Source of the DNA: Brevibacterium luteolum
GTDB taxonomy: Bacteria; Actinomycetota; Actinomycetes; Actinomycetales; Brevibacteriaceae
Assembly (NCBI RefSeq): GCF_013004595.1
Contig: NZ_JABEMC010000007.1
Coordinates: 62,001 to 117,456, forward strand
Direction: 5' to 3'
DNA length: 55,456 nucleotides
A program made the translations under genes and the position numbers. Under the pieces are notes generated by a model that made no database searches, had not been told where the DNA came from, and was given only the letters and a program-made list of their open reading frames with translations. Of this stretch, positions 50,881 to 55,456 are shown in pieces; positions within the stretch are counted from its first letter, which is position 1, and each line of letters begins with the position of its first letter.

Positions 50881-52331
50881 ATGGCTGAGCTGAAGAAGTC
50901 ACTGGGCATGCTGCAGCTGCTCGCCTTCGGCGTAGCAGGTGTGGTCGGCACGAGCTGGATCTACACGAACTCCACCCTGTTCGGCGAATACGGTGCAGGC
51001 GGTGTCGTCTTCGGCCTGGCCGCCGGAGTGCTGCTCGCCGCGTGCGTGGCACTGGCGTACTCGGAGCTGACGACGACATTCCCGCGCGCCGGCGGCGAGG
51101 TGGTGTACTCGTATACGTCGATGGGCCGCGGGGCGGCGTTCTTCACCGGCTGGATGCTGCTGGGCGCCTACGTCTCCTCCTTGGCCTTCTACGTCACCGC
51201 CTTCGGGTTCCTGCTCGGCAACTTCTTCCCGTCTTCAACACCATCCCGCTCTACACCATCAACGACGAGACCGTGTACCTGCCGGTGCTGCTCGTCGGCA
51301 TCGCGCTGACCGCGCTGTTCTTCGCACTCAACTGGTTCGGCATCGAGATCGGCGCCCAGGTGCAGCTCGCGATGTTCGCCGCCATCGTCATCATCGGCGC
51401 AGCGCTCGTCGTCGTCGGCTTCTCCACCGGCTCGCCGGAGAACTTCTTCCCCGCCTACTATCCTGACTCGATCCCGGTCTCCGACACGCTGCGCTTCATC
51501 ATCCCCGGCATGACCTTCCTCGCCGGCTTCGGGCTCGTCGCCGTGCTCGCCGAGGACGCCAAGATCTCCGCCCGCAAGGTCGGCCGCGCCGTCGTGCTCA
51601 CCGTGCTGGCCGCCGGCACCTTCTACTGCCTCGTCCTCGCCGCCACCGCCTGGGTGCTGCCCTGGGAGGACGTCGCCCAGATGGACCTGGGCACCGTCTC
51701 GGCCTTCCGCGAAGCAGGCTTCCCGCTGCTCGGCGCCGGCGCCTACCTCATCGCCTTCCTCGGCCTGCTCACCAGCTTCCTCGGCCTCTTCGTCGCCAGC
51801 TCTCGCATCATGGTCGCCATGGGCCGCGCCCATCTGCTGCCTCCGCAGCTGGCCGACATCCACGACCGCCGCGGCACCCCGCACAAGGCACTCATCGCCA
51901 CCGCCGCCATCACGCTCGGCCTCGGCTGGCTCGGACCCGGCGCGGTCGTGTGGTTCCTCGACACCGGCGGCGTCTACCTGGGCATCGTGTGGTTCATGGT
52001 CGTCCTCGCCAAGTACCTCACCCCGCGACGCTACCCCGAACTCGAACGCCCCTACCGCACCCGGCTCGGCTTCCTGCCGGCGATCGGCGGCGTCGGCGCG
52101 CTGCTGGTCATCATCTGGGCGATCGTGCCCGGCACCAGCTCGTCTCTCGTGTGGCCGGCCGAGTACATCATCCTCGGTGTCTGGTTCGCCATCGGCACCG
52201 TGCTGTACTTCGTCGCCCGCGCCAAGCAGATCGATCGCACCGAAGGACTCCACGCCATCCTCGGTGACTCTTACGACCACCTGCACCGCCACGAGATCGC
52301 CGCCCAGCAACGCCGGGGAGAGGACACATGA
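50881..52331 (+). pseudogene. APC-family permease with a 1-nt frameshift near 51230
   Basis: N-terminal half (MAELKKSLG...YSELTTTFPRAGGE...LLGNFFP) and C-terminal half (VFNTIPLY...SSRIMVAMGRA) lie in different frames. Confidence 0.85.
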
Positions 52332-53905
52332 AACTGACCGACGACGCACTGACCGCCGCACGCGAGGTGGTGGTCGCCGAAGCCGCGGCCGCATCCGTTC
52401 CCGAGGTGTCCTACGGCATCGTCTCGGACGGCCAGCTGGCCGCCGGGCAGGGAACCGACCGGATCTACCGGATCGCCTCGATGACGAAGTCGTTCACTTC
52501 CGCAGCGGTGCTGGGCATCTGCCGTGGGCTCATCCCCGTCGTCGGCCGCAGACCCAGCCTCGATGACCTGCTCGCCGACTGGCTGCCAGCACTGAGCACC
52601 GGTGAGTGGGCTGCGGAGATGACGATCCGCGATGCGCTGACGATGTCGACCGGCCTGCCGAAAGACGACCCCTGGGCCGACCGGCTCGAATCGATGCCGA
52701 TCTCCCAGATGCAGCGGCTCATGCAGGGTGAGGCGCTGGCGAACTTCCCGGCCGGGGCCGGGTTCGAATACGCCAACTACGGCTACGCGATGCTCGGTGC
52801 CTTCGTCGAAGGCGCCACCGGACATGCCTTCACCGAGGTCGTCCATCTCCACCTGCTCGCACCCCTCGGACTGACCTCGACCGGGTTCGATGTCCGCCAG
52901 CTCGATGCCGACCGGCTCGTCACCGGCTACCGGCGCACGAGCGACGGTGAGTTCGAAGCGCAGCCGATCAGCCTGCCCGGAGCGTTCTCCGCCATCGGCG
53001 GGCTCGCCTCGACCGTCGACGATGTCGCGGTCTGGGTGACCGCGCTTATCGACGCGGTGACCTCGACTGAGCCCGGGGATGCCTGCCGCGCTCTCGGACG
53101 CACCGCGGCGGAAGCCCGCGCCTGGCGGCGGGTGCTCGCCGACCTGCAGCAGACCCAGCGGCCGATCAGCATCCAGCACGCTGACGATCACACCGTGTCG
53201 ATCGGCTACGGCTACGGGCTGCGCTGCTCCTTCGACACCCGCTACGGGCACATGGCCGGACACTCCGGCGGCTACCCCGGCTTCGGGCTGCACATGCGCT
53301 GGCATGCCGCCACCGGTACCGGTGTTATCGTGCTGGCCAACCTCACCGACTTCCCCGCCGAAGCCGTCGCCACCCGCGCACTCAATACCGCACTCGCCAT
53401 CCAGCGAGACCACGACCCGAACTCACGCCTATGGCCGGCCTCCCAACCGGTGCCGCTGACCCCGGCACAGAAAGCCAGCGCCTCAGCTGACTCAGACACC
53501 CAGCCGGTCAGCATCCCAGTCACACCGATCACCAGTTTCACCGCCTCGGAACTGGCCCGCACCCGCCAGCTGCAGGCCGAAACAATGATCGCCACCGGCG
53601 ACGACTCTGAGGCCGAGCGCATCTTCTCCTCCAACATGGACCTCGACATGCCGCGTGCCGAACGGCTCACAGCATGGCAGCGCATCCGCGACCACGTCGG
53701 CACCCCAGTCGCTGATGGCACCACCGCTGAGGTCGAATGGCTGACCGCGCTGTCAGCCCGCTGGGAAGTCTGGGCAGAAGGCGAAGCGGGAACCGGGCAC
53801 GGACGGCGGATGGAGATGATGCTCAACCCCGCCGGTGAGATCCAGAAGCTCGCCGTCACCGCCCTGCCACAGACGCAAACGCCCACCAACGAGGGCGGGA
53901 ACTGA
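52328..53905 (+). CDS. Serine hydrolase, beta-lactamase/AmpC-like fold
   Basis: RIASMTKS (SxxK), EYANYGY (YxN), GHSGGYPGF; ATGA coupling to the permease. Confidence 0.88.
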   Translation: MKLTDDALTAAREVVVAEAAAASVPEVSYGIVSDGQLAAGQGTDRIYRIASMTKSFTSAAVLGICRGLIPVVGRRPSLDDLLADWLPALSTGEWAAEMTIRDALTMSTGLPKDDPWADRLESMPISQMQRLMQGEALANFPAGAGFEYANYGYAMLGAFVEGATGHAFTEVVHLHLLAPLGLTSTGFDVRQLDADRLVTGYRRTSDGEFEAQPISLPGAFSAIGGLASTVDDVAVWVTALIDAVTSTEPGDACRALGRTAAEARAWRRVLADLQQTQRPISIQHADDHTVSIGYGYGLRCSFDTRYGHMAGHSGGYPGFGLHMRWHAATGTGVIVLANLTDFPAEAVATRALNTALAIQRDHDPNSRLWPASQPVPLTPAQKASASADSDTQPVSIPVTPITSFTASELARTRQLQAETMIATGDDSEAERIFSSNMDLDMPRAERLTAWQRIRDHVGTPVADGTTAEVEWLTALSARWEVWAEGEAGTGHGRRMEMMLNPAGEIQKLAVTALPQTQTPTNEGGN

Positions 53906-53910
53906 CGCCG

Positions 53911-54699
53911 ATGATCGAGCAGCTGTGGCCGACGATCACCGCAGTCCTCGTGCTGCTCGCCGTCGCCGTCGCAGTGCTGACGCTTGCCGGTGTCCGCCAC
54001 CGCTGGGCCGCCGGCATCGCCGTGTTCCGCGGCGCACTGCAGCTGGCGGCGATCAGCTTCATCCTCGCCGGCGTCATCACCGACCCCCGCTGGGTCGCCG
54101 TGGCCCTTGCTGTCATGTTCAGTGTTGCCGCCGTCACCGCCACCCGGCGCATCGGCTGGACGCTCACCCGATTCGGGATCGTGGCAGGCGCGATGGCCGC
54201 AGGTGTGGCCATCACCTTGGCCGTCATTTTCCTCACCGGGGCACTCGAACCATCAGCCCGGTATGCGCTGGCAATCGGCGGTATCGTCATCGGCAACGCG
54301 ATGACCGCCGTCACCCTCGCCGGCCGCCGCACCGCCCAGAGCACCGCCGACCGGTTCCCGGAAGTCGAAGGCTGGCTGGCCCTGGGCGCCACACCCCGGC
54401 AGGCCACCCTTGATATCGCCCGCGAAGCCGTCCGCGAAGCACTCATCCCCTCAACCGACCAGACTAAGACCACCGGCCTCGTCACCCTGCCCGGCGCGTT
54501 CGTCGGCGCGATCTTCGGCGGCGTCAGCCCCCTGGAGGCCGGCCGCTTCCAGATCGTCGTGCTCGCCGGCATCATGGCCGCCGGTGCCGTCGGGGCCACC
54601 ATCGTCGCCTTCACCCTGGCCCCGACACTCATGCTGCCAGCCGACACCGTGCGCCATATGGCCAAGCGCAACCAAGTCCAGTCAGCAACTCACAGCTGA
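53911..54699 (+). CDS. ABC permease, UPF0014 / FetB(YbbM)-like
   Basis: GGIVIGNAMTA, LALGATPRQA, DQTKTTGLVTLPGAFVG, FQIVVL. Confidence 0.85.
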   Translation: MIEQLWPTITAVLVLLAVAVAVLTLAGVRHRWAAGIAVFRGALQLAAISFILAGVITDPRWVAVALAVMFSVAAVTATRRIGWTLTRFGIVAGAMAAGVAITLAVIFLTGALEPSARYALAIGGIVIGNAMTAVTLAGRRTAQSTADRFPEVEGWLALGATPRQATLDIAREAVREALIPSTDQTKTTGLVTLPGAFVGAIFGGVSPLEAGRFQIVVLAGIMAAGAVGATIVAFTLAPTLMLPADTVRHMAKRNQVQSATHS

Positions 54700-54835
54700 C
54701 CCTCTGACCTGGGGTTTTCAGGTTTCTGTCGGTTTCCATCCGGCGTTCACTCAGAGTTCGTTCGTGCCGACCAGGCTCAAGACGGTGCTCTTCAAGCACC
54801 TGCGAATGCACGCCTCTTGAGTCGAAATGAGAGAC

Positions 54836-55335
54836 ATGATCCGACTGACATCCCTCCGCGCAGCCTGCGGTGGACTGCTGTCCCTGGCCTTGGCCGGCGC
54901 CGGTGTCGCCGCGGCCGCAGCCCCGCCTGCAGCCGCCCTCGACACCGAGCTCATCACCAGCGGCACCACCGAATGGCGCTACCTCGATGACGGCACCGAC
55001 CCCGCCGATGGGCTGCCCGGCCGCACCGACTGGACCGCCGCAGACTTCGACGACACCGCCTGGCAGACCGCGGCCGGCAGCTTCGGCGCGCTGCGCGGTG
55101 AGAAGAAGGCACTCTCCGGCGGGCACACCCCGGACAACCTGCTCACCCAGTACAAGGACGGCACGGTCGAGAACCACGAGGCGTTCTTCTTCCGCACCAC
55201 CATCGACGTCGACGCCGCTGACCTCGAAGGAGGCAAGCAGCTGACCGGTTCGGTGCTCTACGACGACGCCGCTGCAGTCTTCGTCAACGGTGAGAAGATC
55301 GCAGGCTTCGACGACGGAGGCATCGACTACCTAGC
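54836..55335 (+). pseudogene. Secreted protein N-terminus truncated by IS insertion
   Basis: Signal peptide, then WRYLDDGTDP...WTAADFDDTAW...FFRTT...YDDAAAVFVNG beta-sandwich-like domain. The frame runs into IS sequence and stops at 55369. Confidence 0.7.
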
Positions 55336-55456
55336 TGTACTTCCTCGGGAGGTTGTGATCGGGATTTGAGGTGAAAGAAGACCTCCGATATCGAAGTGGG
55401 TAACCACACTCACTCGAACCGGAGGTCTTCCATGACTCACCGTAATGCACCGATGA
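55336..55456 (+). mobile_element. Left end of an IS481-family element (partial)
   Basis: TGT terminus directly after CCTAGC (NCTAGN target); transposase start MTHRNAPM at 55432 with GGAGG RBS. Confidence 0.82.

Noticed and set aside
52328..53905. Antibiotic-resistance beta-lactamase
   Set aside because: No signal peptide; the motifs fit the broad serine hydrolase family and resistance cannot be inferred

Overview
High-GC actinobacterial chromosomal window. Gene content suggests Micrococcales, possibly Brevibacterium (inference). It is mostly housekeeping and metabolic DNA. From left to right: amidase, APC permease, ktrB/ktrA K+ uptake, a two-component pair, an orphan Type III Mod-like DNA methyltransferase next to a DUF222/13E12-type HNH endonuclease, lhgO, a solitary IS3 OrfA-like HTH gene, a RamB-like regulator divergent from aceA-aceB, a DtxR/IdeR-boxed iron-siderophore ABC operon, two tandem paralogous 73-aa membrane proteins, an FAD/Fe-S oxidoreductase, an MBL-rhodanese gene with a CsoR/CstR-type operator, an LPRTG-anchored surface protein, glycine riboswitch-gcvPTH-sdaA, a VOC/AraC pair, an aminotransferase, a frameshifted APC permease operon, and the left end of an IS481-family element truncating a secreted-protein gene at the right edge. 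I saw no CRISPR array, tRNA or rRNA. I cannot establish a new multi-gene system. The best leads are the twin leaderless microproteins, the Res-less Mod beside the HNH gene, the stand-alone OrfA, an out-of-frame leaderless uORF coupled to ktrB, and a glycine riboswitch with a degenerate second aptamer. All calls come from reading motifs by eye; no searches were run.
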